Part shown: piece by piece, positions 30,072 to 39,303 of the stretch
Numbering within the stretch: position 1 is the first letter of the stretch
Layout: every line of letters begins with the position of its first letter
Assembly (NCBI GenBank): GCA_963718615.1
Contig: OY970368.1
Coordinates: 4,768,001 to 4,832,000 of the forward strand
Direction: 5' to 3'
From: an uncultured cyanobacterium
Lineage (GTDB): Bacteria; Cyanobacteriota; Cyanobacteriia; PCC-9006; JAAUQQ01
DNA: 64,000 nt
Notes under the pieces: model-generated
Databases searched by the model: none
Seen by the model: the letters and a program-made list of their open reading frames with translations, nothing else
Told to the model about the DNA's origin: nothing
Translations under genes and position numbers: made by a program

Positions 30072-31736
30072 TTAGCGCCCATTAGGCTGAAAGAGATTGG
30101 ATGCACTTTGGCTCAATGAGTCAAAGAATAACAGGAAGCCCAAAATGTCGCGGAAGGGCTGGGTGAAGATATTGAGAGCGTGGCTAATCCGGGCAACCAA
30201 TCCCCGACCGACCACGACCACATCGTTGTCCTGGAGGGGGACATCAGCGCTGGGGTCACCCATGAGGGCATTTTTGCCGTTGATGGTTTGGGCGATCGCC
30301 TTACCGCTTTGGGGGTCATACCGCACCAGGGCAATGCCGGAGAGATTGGCGGCATCCAGGGGAATCCCATTGAGGGCATCCCGGAAGGTGCTGCCACTGG
30401 GAAGATTGAGCGTGGTTGCACCGCCAGCGGCATAGCTCAAGAGCCGAACCTGAATATTGGGTTTGGAGACATTGGATTTGGCGATCAGGCGGCTGTCATA
30501 GTTGGCTTTATCGGCTTCGGTGAGCTTGGGAATACTCACCACATCGCCTTCCTCCAGCCGCAAATTGGGCAGCGACGCGCCGGTCGCCAAGGGCGAGTAC
30601 AAATCTACGGATTCACTGGCCACAGACCCATCGGAGAAATTACGGCGGACTTCCACCTTGCGCAAATCGGCGGAGTTGAGGCTGCCCCCGGCGACCAGTA
30701 GCGCTTCGCCCACCCGCCCGGTGGAGAGGCCATAGAATCCTGGTTTGGCGACTTCGCCAATGACGGTGACCTGGACAGGGCGCTGGGATGCCAAGGTCGA
30801 GTTGGAAATCAGCGTGCGATCGTAGTTGCCGAGGTCCTGGGCTTGGAGTTGGGGGACGGTGATGGTGTCGCCGTCTTCTAACCGCAAATCGGGGAAGGAC
30901 AATCCTTGGACGAGGGGGGAATAGAGATCGACCTGTTGTTCGATGACGCCGCGATCGCGCACCGTTCGACGAATCTGGACCCGTCGCAAATCCGCAGAGG
31001 CCAAGGTTCCCCCCGCTGTGCGCAGGGCTTCAGCAATTTCAGCGGTTTGGAGGGGATAAAACCCAGGGCTGGCCACTCGACCCACGACGGTAACCCGCAC
31101 AGGACGCTGGGATAATAGCGAAATATCAACAACGGGATTGACGATGTAGCGATCATAGGCGGCGCGAACCCGCTCTCGTGCTTCCCCAACGGTTAATCCA
31201 TCCAAAATCACAGAACCGACTAAGGGCAAAACAATGGTCCCCTCCGGCGAAATCGGTCCCTGAAAATTCAAATTCGGAAACCGCTGCACATTGATAAAAA
31301 TGACATCGCTGGGACCCAGGCGATACCGGCCAAATTTGTTATCCAGAAACGGAGGCTGAAGCGTGGGATTGAGGGGCGGTAGCTCAGGCCGAAACGATGG
31401 ATTGGCAAAGGTGCCTAAGCCGGGACGGACGGGCGGACGCAGTTCTAGGGAATTGAACTCTTGATTGATTTGTTCGTTGGCGTCCGAGTTGCCATTGAGC
31501 TGTTGACGAATTTGTTCAAGCCGCTGTTGATAGCGGACCGAATTCTCTAGGTCTGTATTCTCTAGGTCTGTCGTGGACTGAGCCAGCTTCTCAGGGGCTG
31601 AGGTCGCCACGGCAGGCTCCATGGCCAGAGTTGCCAAAAGTACAACGGTGGCAGAGGTTCCCAGTTGCAGCCCCGTAAGACCCAAGGCCGTTGCTCGCTG
31701 AAGGAAGGAAAGCGCAGAATCCATACACCGATTCAT
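30072..31736 (-). CDS. wza: Wza-type polysaccharide export protein with multiple SLBB domains
   Basis: YRLGPSDVI...PEGTIVLPLVG PES domain; repeated V(T)V(V/I)G(R/E)VAxPGFY SLBB units. Confidence 0.9.
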   Translation of the reverse strand: MNRCMDSALSFLQRATALGLTGLQLGTSATVVLLATLAMEPAVATSAPEKLAQSTTDLENTDLENSVRYQQRLEQIRQQLNGNSDANEQINQEFNSLELRPPVRPGLGTFANPSFRPELPPLNPTLQPPFLDNKFGRYRLGPSDVIFINVQRFPNLNFQGPISPEGTIVLPLVGSVILDGLTVGEARERVRAAYDRYIVNPVVDISLLSQRPVRVTVVGRVASPGFYPLQTAEIAEALRTAGGTLASADLRRVQIRRTVRDRGVIEQQVDLYSPLVQGLSFPDLRLEDGDTITVPQLQAQDLGNYDRTLISNSTLASQRPVQVTVIGEVAKPGFYGLSTGRVGEALLVAGGSLNSADLRKVEVRRNFSDGSVASESVDLYSPLATGASLPNLRLEEGDVVSIPKLTEADKANYDSRLIAKSNVSKPNIQVRLLSYAAGGATTLNLPSGSTFRDALNGIPLDAANLSGIALVRYDPQSGKAIAQTINGKNALMGDPSADVPLQDNDVVVVGRGLVARISHALNIFTQPFRDILGFLLFFDSLSQSASNLFQPNGR

Positions 31737-31996
31737 CCGACCGTCTGTGTCATAAACGTCTTACCCAGAAGTGACGGAGGCAAAGGGCCACGAGTTGCAG
31801 CTTTACTTTCCCCTCATTTGGCTTCTGTTAATACCTACAAAAACCGGACAAATCTCCCCGGAGATTTCCTGTATTTTTTGTTACTCAGTGCTTGTGACTT
31901 CTTTTAGAGTACCCTGAGGGCGCACAATCTCTCTCAGGAGAATTTTGCATGACGGAGTTTGGTACTGGGGCGTTGCAGAGAACGGAATCCTGCATG

Positions 31997-32019
31997 GGGT
32001 GTGGAATGCATGCCCCTAC
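31997..32019 (-). repeat. GTAG-type REP-like palindrome, copy 2
   Basis: GGGTGTGGAATGCATGCCCCTAC, the reverse complement of the copy at 7510 with two substitutions. Confidence 0.7.
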
Positions 32020-32047
32020 CATTCGATCTACCCTTAATTCTCGTTTC

Positions 32048-32770
32048 TTAGGGGGTGGACTTGGGCCAGGTGGCGGTGGCGATCGCCTGCTGCACCTGAC
32101 TTCCCACTGCTTCTGCTAAGGACTGAACCGCATCCAAATCCCCCGTTTGTTGGAGCGGCAAAAGGACGGCCACCGCCACCCAGGGTACCCGCTGTCCCCG
32201 CACCTGCGCCACGCGATCGCGCCAGAACCAATCCCCCGGTTCGGGGCTACCCCCGTCGGGCCAGGCGTACCATTGCAGGGCGGCATAGACTTGGCCCGTT
32301 TTCCAGCCCCGGACAAATCGAGCTTCGATTTTTTGAGGCCCTTGGGGCGTGTCGGCGGTCCAGGTGAGGTGGCGAATGTCGTCTTCCACCCATTGAAATT
32401 GGCCTTTGATGTCGGTCCAATCGATCTGGGGCATATCGGTGTTGGCGAGTTGCGATCGCATCAGCACCAAGGCTGGCGTTCCCGCCGGAGCCAACCCACC
32501 GGATTCTGCCGTGAACTGGCTCAACACCCATTCATGACCGCCCACCTGCAAGTCAATGGGTTCAGCGCGAGTCCAGCCGGGAAGCGTAATACCCTGGTTT
32601 TGCAGATTCCCGAGCTGTTTTAAAACCGTCACGTTCGGCGTTTTTTGCCAATTCCATTGGCCCTTGAGATAGCCCGGTGCGGCTCCTATCAAAAAGAGTC
32701 CCAGTAGAAAAACTAAGACGACCCGTTGGGCAAGGGGAGCCATGGGCGAGCGAGAGTTTGCGGCTGTCAT
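32048..32770 (-). CDS. Cyanoexosortase B system-associated protein
   Basis: GAAPGYLKGQWNW, PQIDWTD, ARFVRGW and LQWYAWPDGG motifs; adjacent to the exosortase. Confidence 0.88.
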   Translation of the reverse strand: MTAANSRSPMAPLAQRVVLVFLLGLFLIGAAPGYLKGQWNWQKTPNVTVLKQLGNLQNQGITLPGWTRAEPIDLQVGGHEWVLSQFTAESGGLAPAGTPALVLMRSQLANTDMPQIDWTDIKGQFQWVEDDIRHLTWTADTPQGPQKIEARFVRGWKTGQVYAALQWYAWPDGGSPEPGDWFWRDRVAQVRGQRVPWVAVAVLLPLQQTGDLDAVQSLAEAVGSQVQQAIATATWPKSTP

Positions 32771-32869
32771 GGGTGACTCTGGGCTGTAAGTGGGAGGTTA
32801 AGTGGGAGGTTAAGTGGGGATTTAGGGAGACGCTAGGTGGTGGGATCGGCCAATTGATTTCGGGTCTAT

Positions 32870-33805
32870 TTAGGATCTATTTGGAATTTGTTTTGGATCT
32901 ATGTTGGGGGAACTAGGTTCAGGCCAGTAGCGCTCCATACCCTTGAGCAGCAGCAAAACGCTACCTAGCATCAGCGCCGAGAAAACATCCCCGCCCCAGC
33001 CGTCGTGGAGCCAAGCAAAGGCCCCTTCGCGACCGGTACCATGGAAAAAACTGAGAATAGTATTGCGAATAATATTGGCCGTGACGCTGAGGACAATGCC
33101 GCCCATGAGCAGCGTGGCCACGCGGGACCGCAAATGCAGCAGGTCGTTCCAATAGAGCATCATCAGCGATACATAAACCGTCGTGAACAGCATCTTGAGC
33201 CCAGCACAGTAGGGAGCGACTTCAACAACACGACCGTTCAGCCGCAGATAAATACCGTCAATCACCACATCAGTCATGCCAAAAATCTGGAGGATCGTCC
33301 CCGCCACACCTGCAATAAAGGCCTGGAGCGGCAACGTGTAGGGCGTAATCAAATAGGGTGCATTGGTGGGCGTCGCCAAGGCCACGAGCACCAGGGGAAA
33401 GGTCATAGCCTTAAGTCCTGGCCAGCCCCGCAACCCAAGACAAAGACCCGTCAACAGCAGTGGTAGCGACAGATTCACCAAATCGCTAACGTTACTGAGA
33501 TAAAACACTGCGGCCAAACCCAGCATTCCGGCACCAAGGGGATTACAGCACTGGGGTAACGCCGCCCAATCCGTCCGCCGTTGCCATACCAAATAGGCGG
33601 CAAAGGGTAAGCCAATCAGACCATGGCTAAAATACTCGTGCTCAATGCTGATGTTTTTGTGGAGCCAGCCATCGACCCAGTGCCAGAGCAGGGGGGCATA
33701 GAGGAGGGTGCAGAGGGTGGCGATCGCCCAAACCTGCCAATCGGCTTTGATCGCTTCAAGCTGAATCCCTAATGGGGCAGGACGGGAAGAGTTATGTTGG
33801 GTCAT
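32870..33805 (-). CDS. crtB: Cyanoexosortase B (exosortase family transpeptidase)
   Basis: HEYFSHGLIGLPFA, VEVAPYCAGL (Cys), ANIIRN (Arg) and WLHDGWGG (His) triad. The symbol is the cyanoexosortase crtB, not phytoene synthase. Confidence 0.92.
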   Translation of the reverse strand: MTQHNSSRPAPLGIQLEAIKADWQVWAIATLCTLLYAPLLWHWVDGWLHKNISIEHEYFSHGLIGLPFAAYLVWQRRTDWAALPQCCNPLGAGMLGLAAVFYLSNVSDLVNLSLPLLLTGLCLGLRGWPGLKAMTFPLVLVALATPTNAPYLITPYTLPLQAFIAGVAGTILQIFGMTDVVIDGIYLRLNGRVVEVAPYCAGLKMLFTTVYVSLMMLYWNDLLHLRSRVATLLMGGIVLSVTANIIRNTILSFFHGTGREGAFAWLHDGWGGDVFSALMLGSVLLLLKGMERYWPEPSSPNIDPKQIPNRS

Positions 33806-33850
33806 CGTCTGGATTCCTCGATCTCCTGGTTCCTCCGGGTCATGGTTCCG

Positions 33851-34996
33851 CTAAGCAATCTGGGTAATGGGTTGCTGGCTGAGGCAATCGCTCAACGCCT
33901 CAACCACCTGTTCCACCTGAGCCTCCCTTAAACCGGGATACATGGGGAACGACAACATCGTCTGACTCAGCCGTTCCGCCTGGGGAAAGTCGCCCAGGCC
34001 ATAGCCCAAATCCCGAAATGCCGGTTGCAGATGGCAAGGTAAGGGGTAGTGAACTCCCGTCTGAATGCCTCGTTCTTCCAGGGTGGCCTGGAGCAGATTG
34101 CGGTTAACCTCGGGATGCAGCCGTGCGATGTATAGGTGATAGACATGGCCACTGCCGGTTTCGTTTTTGAGGGGGCAAACTTGAGGCACAAGGGCTGCGA
34201 GTCGCTGGTCGTAGAGTCTGGCTAGTCGATTGCGATCCTGGTTCCAGCCTTGCAGGTGGGGCAGCTTGAGATTCAGAATCGCCGCCTGGAACGTATCGAG
34301 GCGAGAATTCGTGCCAAATTCGGTGTGGAAATATTTGCGGGGGGCTCCGTAGTTGCGGAGCGATCGCAACCGATTGGCAATGCCTTCATCCTTGGTAATC
34401 ACCATGCCGCCATCGCCCAGCGCCCCTAAATTCTTGCTGGGATAAAAGCTAAACGCCGCCGCAATCCCAATGGATCCAGCCCGATAGCCTTCCCGCTCCG
34501 CCAAATGGGCCTGGGCCGCATCTTCAAAAACAAACAAACCATGCTGCTCAGCAAACGTCAGCAGCTCACCCGGCGACACCATCTGACCGTAGAGATGAAC
34601 CGCAATAATCGCGCGGGTGTCGGGTCGCAACGCATCGGCGGCAGCCTCTAAATCAATCAGGCCGGTTTGAGGGTCACAGTCCACTAAAATCGGCACCGCC
34701 CCCGCCCGCAGAACGCCGATCAGCGTTGCCACAAACGTGTTGGCCGGCAGCAGAACACTCGTGTCTGGCCCTAAACCGCAAGCCTGCAATCCTAGGGCCA
34801 GGGCATCGGTACCGCAGGCAACCCCCACCCCATAGTCCACACCGCAGGCTTGGGCAAAATCCCGTTCAAACTGAGAGACCGCTTCTCCCAAGACAAAATC
34901 GCCCCGTTGCAAAAGCTGCTGAAAGGCCGCCTCAAACTCAGCCTGCAAGGGCTGATGCTGTGCTTGAAGATCCACAAAAGGGACAAAGGATGGCAT
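33851..34996 (-). CDS. DegT/DnrJ/EryC1/StrS sugar aminotransferase
   Basis: VHLYGQ, EDAAQAH, FSFYPSKNLGALGDGG (PLP Lys) and NSRLD motifs. Confidence 0.95.
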   Translation of the reverse strand: MPSFVPFVDLQAQHQPLQAEFEAAFQQLLQRGDFVLGEAVSQFERDFAQACGVDYGVGVACGTDALALGLQACGLGPDTSVLLPANTFVATLIGVLRAGAVPILVDCDPQTGLIDLEAAADALRPDTRAIIAVHLYGQMVSPGELLTFAEQHGLFVFEDAAQAHLAEREGYRAGSIGIAAAFSFYPSKNLGALGDGGMVITKDEGIANRLRSLRNYGAPRKYFHTEFGTNSRLDTFQAAILNLKLPHLQGWNQDRNRLARLYDQRLAALVPQVCPLKNETGSGHVYHLYIARLHPEVNRNLLQATLEERGIQTGVHYPLPCHLQPAFRDLGYGLGDFPQAERLSQTMLSFPMYPGLREAQVEQVVEALSDCLSQQPITQIA

Positions 34997-35177
34997 GGGT
35001 TTGCGGGATGAAGAGAAAGACTGCTATTCCTAGACTTCCCTAAACCCAGTTGACGGCATAATGGGAGAACTTGCCTACATCTCAATATCAAGATTGGATA
35101 AAGTTAGGCAAATTTTCTGTCGCAAGTTTTCTGTCGCAAGTTTTCTGTCGCGTTGTCGAGTCATCTCTAAGCCTCTC

Positions 35178-35525
35178 ATGAACTACGCCACAGCCCGCCA
35201 ATTTCTCAGCAAACAGGTTCAAGCCAGCGACCCCGATTCGCTGCTGTCTCGCTTGGGGATTGGGTTACCGCCAGTTCCAGGACAGGTAACCTCTGTGCTG
35301 CTCGCCCTCAAGGTGGTGTACGAAGCTTTACATCATGAGACGCAGCTCGATCGCGAACTGGTTGCGCTCCTCCATGTGTTGGCTTGGGAGAGTCGCGATC
35401 GCTTCACCCTCCATCAGCGCCAAGGCATCGACTGGCCCCCACTCCTAGAAACGGATCTGGGCCGCATCGCTGCTGCCGTTCAGGGGATTTTTGCCAATGT
35501 TTGGCCCGATATTCACCATATTTAA
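35178..35525 (+). CDS. Conserved cyanobacterial hypothetical protein
   Basis: PPVPGQVTSVLLALK...LDREL...WPPLL motif set; ATG 35178 preferred. Confidence 0.8.
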   Translation: MNYATARQFLSKQVQASDPDSLLSRLGIGLPPVPGQVTSVLLALKVVYEALHHETQLDRELVALLHVLAWESRDRFTLHQRQGIDWPPLLETDLGRIAAAVQGIFANVWPDIHHI

Positions 35526-35558
35526 TTCAAATTTAATTCAAACATTTGATTTCAAATG

Positions 35559-35580
35559 GGGTGCGGAATGCGCACCCTGC
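35559..35580 (-). repeat. Degenerate REP-like palindrome, copy 3
   Basis: GGGTGCGGAATGCGCACCCTGC between convergent genes; same GGAATGC core as copies 1 and 2. Confidence 0.5.
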
Positions 35581-35606
35581 CCTAGGTCCCCCTTGATCTG
35601 CTTGTC

Positions 35607-36191
35607 CTAGCGATTGCGCAATTCGGCTTCTAATTTGTCGATGTCCTCCTTCGGGAATACGACAATCTGGCCGCTGTAGGCTTTGCCCTCCGCAGGCTGG
35701 GCGATTTCGTACCAATAGGCGAAGCGATCGCCATACCGCACTTCTCCCTGCCGCGCCGCCTGTAGGGGAGTCCGCCGATTATTGGCCTGGGCTACATCCA
35801 CTGCCCCTGGATAGCGAAACGTCAGACGAGCATTAGAAAAATCCTGATAGACATCTAGCCCGTAGATCACCCGCAGGGCCTCCTCTAGGCGTTCTTCTGT
35901 CACCCCATTGGGAATATCAAAAAACGTCATCGTTTCCGTTCGAATTCGACCCTTGTTTGGGGCGGGCGCAACGAGTCCTGGCGGAAAGACCGAAGCCTGA
36001 AACGTAAACCGCTGCGCCGCCGAACTGCTTTTCCGGACCATCAGTCGTTCCCCACTGCGAGGCTGGAGCGTCGGATGCCCCTTAATCCAGGCTTCCACAT
36101 CCTCGGTCGATTGACCCGGTAGAGCCTGGGCTGGAGCCATCAGACCCAGCAGGACCCCGCAGGACAGAAGCGATAAGCAAAAGTTTTTCAT
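35607..36191 (-). CDS. Conserved secreted hypothetical protein
   Basis: Signal peptide ending AQA, then LPGQSTEDVEAWIKGHPTL...AAQRFTFQAS...GDRFAYW. Confidence 0.82.
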   Translation of the reverse strand: MKNFCLSLLSCGVLLGLMAPAQALPGQSTEDVEAWIKGHPTLQPRSGERLMVRKSSSAAQRFTFQASVFPPGLVAPAPNKGRIRTETMTFFDIPNGVTEERLEEALRVIYGLDVYQDFSNARLTFRYPGAVDVAQANNRRTPLQAARQGEVRYGDRFAYWYEIAQPAEGKAYSGQIVVFPKEDIDKLEAELRNR

Positions 36192-36347
36192 GGGTGGTTC
36201 TGATTGAGACGCTCTAGATATGCTGCAAAATCTGCCGCTAAATGCGCTGCTAGTATACGGGCCACAAAAAAAATCCGCACCTGAATTCAGAGGATTGGCT
36301 AGTTTTTAGAAAAATCCTGACAAAACCAGGAATTAATTTTGAAAAAT

Positions 36348-36361
36348 GCATCTTACAATAC
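36348..36361 (+). promoter_or_regulatory. Degenerate NtcA box overlapping a -10 element (unit 1)
   Basis: GCA-TCTTACAA-TAC (one mismatch to GTA-N8-TAC) containing TACAAT at 36354-36359. Confidence 0.55.
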
Positions 36362-36373
36362 AGAAAGATATAG

Positions 36374-36488
36374 ATCGTTCATCTCCTTGACCGAGTCCAG
36401 TGGCCTTCATGACCCTATTTTCATGACCCAATTTTAAGGATTCTCCAGAGAGACGGAAGTAGGGAGCCATCCCGAAGGAACGCGCCTC
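36374..36488 (+). ncRNA. Glutamine riboswitch (glnA RNA motif, type I), copy 1, with an expanded P2
   Basis: ATCGTTCATCTC...GAGACGGAAGTAGGG-agccat-CCCGAAGGAACGCGCC consensus directly upstream of a YRG-repeat gene. Confidence 0.9.
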
Positions 36489-36520
36489 ATGCTACTCACT
36501 AGCCTTAGAGGAGGCGAAAA

Positions 36521-36715
36521 ATGCAAATGAACTATCGTGGTGTAAAGTACGACTCGACACCGGCCCCCGTCGTGACGATTTCAGAAGATCAGACCTTGAC
36601 CTATCGGGGCGTTACCGTGAATGCTAGCCGATTGGAACGGCAACAGGCTCGCGATCGCGATCGCTATCCCATCATCAACCCTCTCACCTACCGAGGGTTG
36701 AGCTACGGTGTATAG
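36521..36715 (+). CDS. DUF4278-type small protein (three YRG repeats)
   Basis: NYRGVKY, TYRGVTV and TYRGLSY; GGAGG RBS; follows the riboswitch. Confidence 0.88.
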   Translation: MQMNYRGVKYDSTPAPVVTISEDQTLTYRGVTVNASRLERQQARDRDRYPIINPLTYRGLSYGV

Positions 36716-36803
36716 CCCTGTTTGTCAGCATTGTTTGCTGAGAAAGACTGATCAAACCCAGGCTTATCAAACATAAGTGGTCAAACGACCCTTGATATTT
36801 CTG

Positions 36804-36837
36804 TCCGCTGTAGACCTGAGCTCAGCGGATTTTTTTT
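36804..36837 (+). terminator. Intrinsic terminator after unit 1
   Basis: TCCGCTG...CAGCGGA stem followed by a T run. Confidence 0.75.
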
Positions 36838-36924
36838 GCGATCGCAATCATCTCTCGACACATAAAACGCAGATTATCCCTCTAAAGATTCCAAAAACTC
36901 ACTATTGAGATGTATTGAGCAAAA

Positions 36925-36955
36925 CTGACAAATCCAAAACCGTATCGTACAATAC
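36925..36955 (+). promoter_or_regulatory. Sigma70 promoter with an NtcA box over the -10 element (repressive geometry, unit 2)
   Basis: CTGACA (36925-36930)-N17-TACAAT (36948-36953); perfect GTA-TCGTACAA-TAC at 36942-36955. Confidence 0.75.
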
Positions 36956-36970
36956 AGATAGAAAACAAAA

Positions 36971-37056
36971 ATCGTTCATCTTTCCCTGGGCCTGACGTAC
37001 TTACCGCCCGCTCGGAAAGACGGAAGTAGGGAAACCATCCCGAAGGAACGCGCCTC
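36971..37056 (+). ncRNA. Glutamine riboswitch (glnA RNA motif, type I), copy 2
   Basis: ATCGTTCATCTTTCC...GGAAAGACGGAAGTAGGG-aaacca-TCCCGAAGGAACGCGCC. Confidence 0.92.
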
Positions 37057-37085
37057 AATCTCATGCACAGCCGAAGAAGGAGGCG

Positions 37086-37361
37086 ATGATGAAACTCAAA
37101 TATCGTGGCATAGAATACGATTACACCCCTGAGCCGGTGCGCTACGGCCCGTCCTATGGGGTTGGCACCTATCGAGGCGTTCCCGTTAATCTACGTAGCG
37201 TCGAAGGCATTCATGTTGACGAGCATCCGGTTTATAACCTCAAGTACCGGGGCATTAGCTACACCACAGGTTCGGACATCGTTGAAAAGAGCCGGTCGAT
37301 CCTAGCGGGCGAGCGTCAGGAAGAGCGCTTGCGGAAGCGTTTGGTTCTAGCTCGCATGTAG
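37086..37361 (+). CDS. DUF4278/IF17-like protein, putative divergent glutamine synthetase inactivating factor
   Basis: Three YRG repeats plus a basic tail with Arg70, Arg83 and Arg90 in the IF7 R8/R21/R28 spacing; convergent with glnA. Confidence 0.8.
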   Translation: MMKLKYRGIEYDYTPEPVRYGPSYGVGTYRGVPVNLRSVEGIHVDEHPVYNLKYRGISYTTGSDIVEKSRSILAGERQEERLRKRLVLARM

Positions 37362-37438
37362 GTTCAGCTAGATCCTCAGTTCGATTCAGATTAGTGTTCA
37401 GAGCAGCAGAAATTGATAGCGTCAATACGCATTCAACT

Positions 37439-37473
37439 AAAAACCGCCTCGGCAGAAATGCTTAGGCGGTTTT
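37439..37473. terminator. Bidirectional intrinsic terminator between the IF17-like gene and glnA
   Basis: AAAAACCGCCT...AGGCGGTTTT inverted repeat. Confidence 0.8.
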
Positions 37474-37497
37474 CTTATTGAGTATTTTTCTATCCGT

Positions 37498-38919
37498 TTA
37501 GCAATCGTAATACAGACCAAACTCGTAGGGATGGGGCCGTAGGCTCATAGGAATCACCTCGTTGGCCATTTTGTAGTCGATCCAGTTGTCAATGAAGCTT
37601 TCGCTAAAGACTCCCCCAACAGTCAAAAACTCGTGGTCATCCTTCAGAGCCTTAAGCGCATCAGGCAAGGAAGCGGGTGTAGAAGGAATCTTCGCCAACT
37701 CCTCAGGACTGAGTTCGTAGATATCCACATCTAGGGGCTCACCGGGGTCAATCTCATTTTTAATCCCGTCAATCCCCGCGCAGAGCATGACCGCAAAGGC
37801 CAGGTAGGGATTAGCCGTAGCATCGGGGCAGCGAAACTCCAGGCGCTTTGCCTTGGGGTTATCGCCCGAGAGCGGAATCCGCACAGAGGCAGAACGATTG
37901 CCTTGGGAGTAAGCCAGATTTACCGGAGCCTCAAATCCAGGCACCAAACGCTTGTAGGAGTTAGTACTAGGGTTGCTAAAGGCCAAAATTGCCGGGGCAT
38001 GCTTGAGAATGCCGCCGATATAGTTCAAGGCCATCTTGCTCAATCCCGCGTAGCCGTCCCCAGCAAACAGCGGCTGACCCGCGTTCCAAATCGATTGGTG
38101 GGTGTGCATCCCGGAGCCATTGTCCTGGAAGACAGGCTTGGGCATGAACGTGACTGTTTTGCCGTACTTGCGGGCCACGTTTTTGATGACGTATTTGTAG
38201 GTCATCAGCCAGTCTGCGGCTTCGATCATTTCGCCAAACTTAAAGCCCAGCTCACACTGACCTCCCGTCGCCACTTCGTGGTGATGCTTCTCAATGGGTA
38301 CACCACACTTAGCCATGGTCAGCAGCATTTCGCTACGCATGTCCTGGGAAGTATCGGTTGGCGCAACAGGAAAATAGCCCCCTTTGTAGCCAGGCTTATA
38401 GGCTAAGTTACCGCCTTCTTCCTCGCGACCGCTATTCCATCGACCCTCAATGGAATCAACGTAGTAATAACCAGAATGTTCATTTTGGTCAAAGCGAACG
38501 TCATCAAAGATGAAAAATTCTGCTTCAGGACCAAAATAGGCCGTATCTCCCAGGCCCGTTGCTTTGAGGTAATCCAGTGCCTTGGCCGCGATCGACCGAG
38601 GACAACGCTCGTAGGGCTGACCACTGCGAGGTTCTTGAATGCTACAAATCAGACTCAGCGTTGGCTCTTTCATGAATGGATCGATCCAAGCCGTCTTAGG
38701 ATCGGGAACCATGGCCATGTCAGATTCGTTAATGGCTTTCCAGCCTCGGCAGCTCGACCCATCAAAAGCGACGCCTTCCGTAAAGCTGCTCGCATCAATT
38801 TGGCTCTTATGAACGGTCAAGTGCTGCCAAATGCCCAGCAGGTCAATAAACTTCAGATCGATAAGCTCAATGCCCTGCTCTTCGATCATTTGCAATACTT
38901 CTTGAGCAGTGTCAGCCAT
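37498..38919 (-). CDS. glnA: Glutamine synthetase type I
   Basis: [40 protein letters not shown] and EFRCPD motifs. Confidence 0.98.
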   Translation of the reverse strand: MADTAQEVLQMIEEQGIELIDLKFIDLLGIWQHLTVHKSQIDASSFTEGVAFDGSSCRGWKAINESDMAMVPDPKTAWIDPFMKEPTLSLICSIQEPRSGQPYERCPRSIAAKALDYLKATGLGDTAYFGPEAEFFIFDDVRFDQNEHSGYYYVDSIEGRWNSGREEEGGNLAYKPGYKGGYFPVAPTDTSQDMRSEMLLTMAKCGVPIEKHHHEVATGGQCELGFKFGEMIEAADWLMTYKYVIKNVARKYGKTVTFMPKPVFQDNGSGMHTHQSIWNAGQPLFAGDGYAGLSKMALNYIGGILKHAPAILAFSNPSTNSYKRLVPGFEAPVNLAYSQGNRSASVRIPLSGDNPKAKRLEFRCPDATANPYLAFAVMLCAGIDGIKNEIDPGEPLDVDIYELSPEELAKIPSTPASLPDALKALKDDHEFLTVGGVFSESFIDNWIDYKMANEVIPMSLRPHPYEFGLYYDC

Positions 38920-39092
38920 GGGATGAACTCCTTACATTCCATTCGAGGTCTCAGAGGGGAGGCTGGTGCGTTCGTACCTCTCTCAGAAGACTAATTCAGT
39001 TTAGTCAGGAAAAATCAGGAGGTTACGCAAACTCAAATCTATTCAAAATACTTGAGAATCCGTGATTTCCTGTATTTTTTGATGCCTGAATT

Positions 39093-39134
39093 ATCCTATG
39101 AACCTCAAACCCACAGTTTTGTAGCTAGAGATAC
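39093..39134 (-). promoter_or_regulatory. Canonical class II NtcA-activated promoter of glnA
   Basis: TTTT-GTAGCTAGAGATAC-AAAA (GTA-N8-TAC at 39121-39134); on the minus strand exactly 22 nt to TAGGAT (TAN3T, 39098-39093). Confidence 0.88.
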
Positions 39135-39271
39135 AAAATACTGGGGTTGTGAAGCGGTTCAAGGTGAAAGGGAAGGATTCATTCAGAAATTAAACAGATC
39201 AAGCTCGATGGAGCAGGGTCTAGAAGTTTAAGACCTTGTCAACCGCTACTCCATTGTCCGCCAGCAATAAC

Positions 39272-39295
39272 TCGGGGCCGGGCACCCGGCTCCGA
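39272..39295 (-). terminator. GC-rich hairpin immediately after glnN
   Basis: TCGGGGCCGGG-CA-CCCGGCTCCGA inverted repeat; weak U tract. Confidence 0.5.
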
Positions 39296-39303
39296 TGGAC
39301 GAG

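Noticed and set aside
36882-37064. 60-aa minus-strand ORF
   Set aside because: It overlaps the promoter and riboswitch 2 in antisense, and the sequence is explained by the RNA motif.
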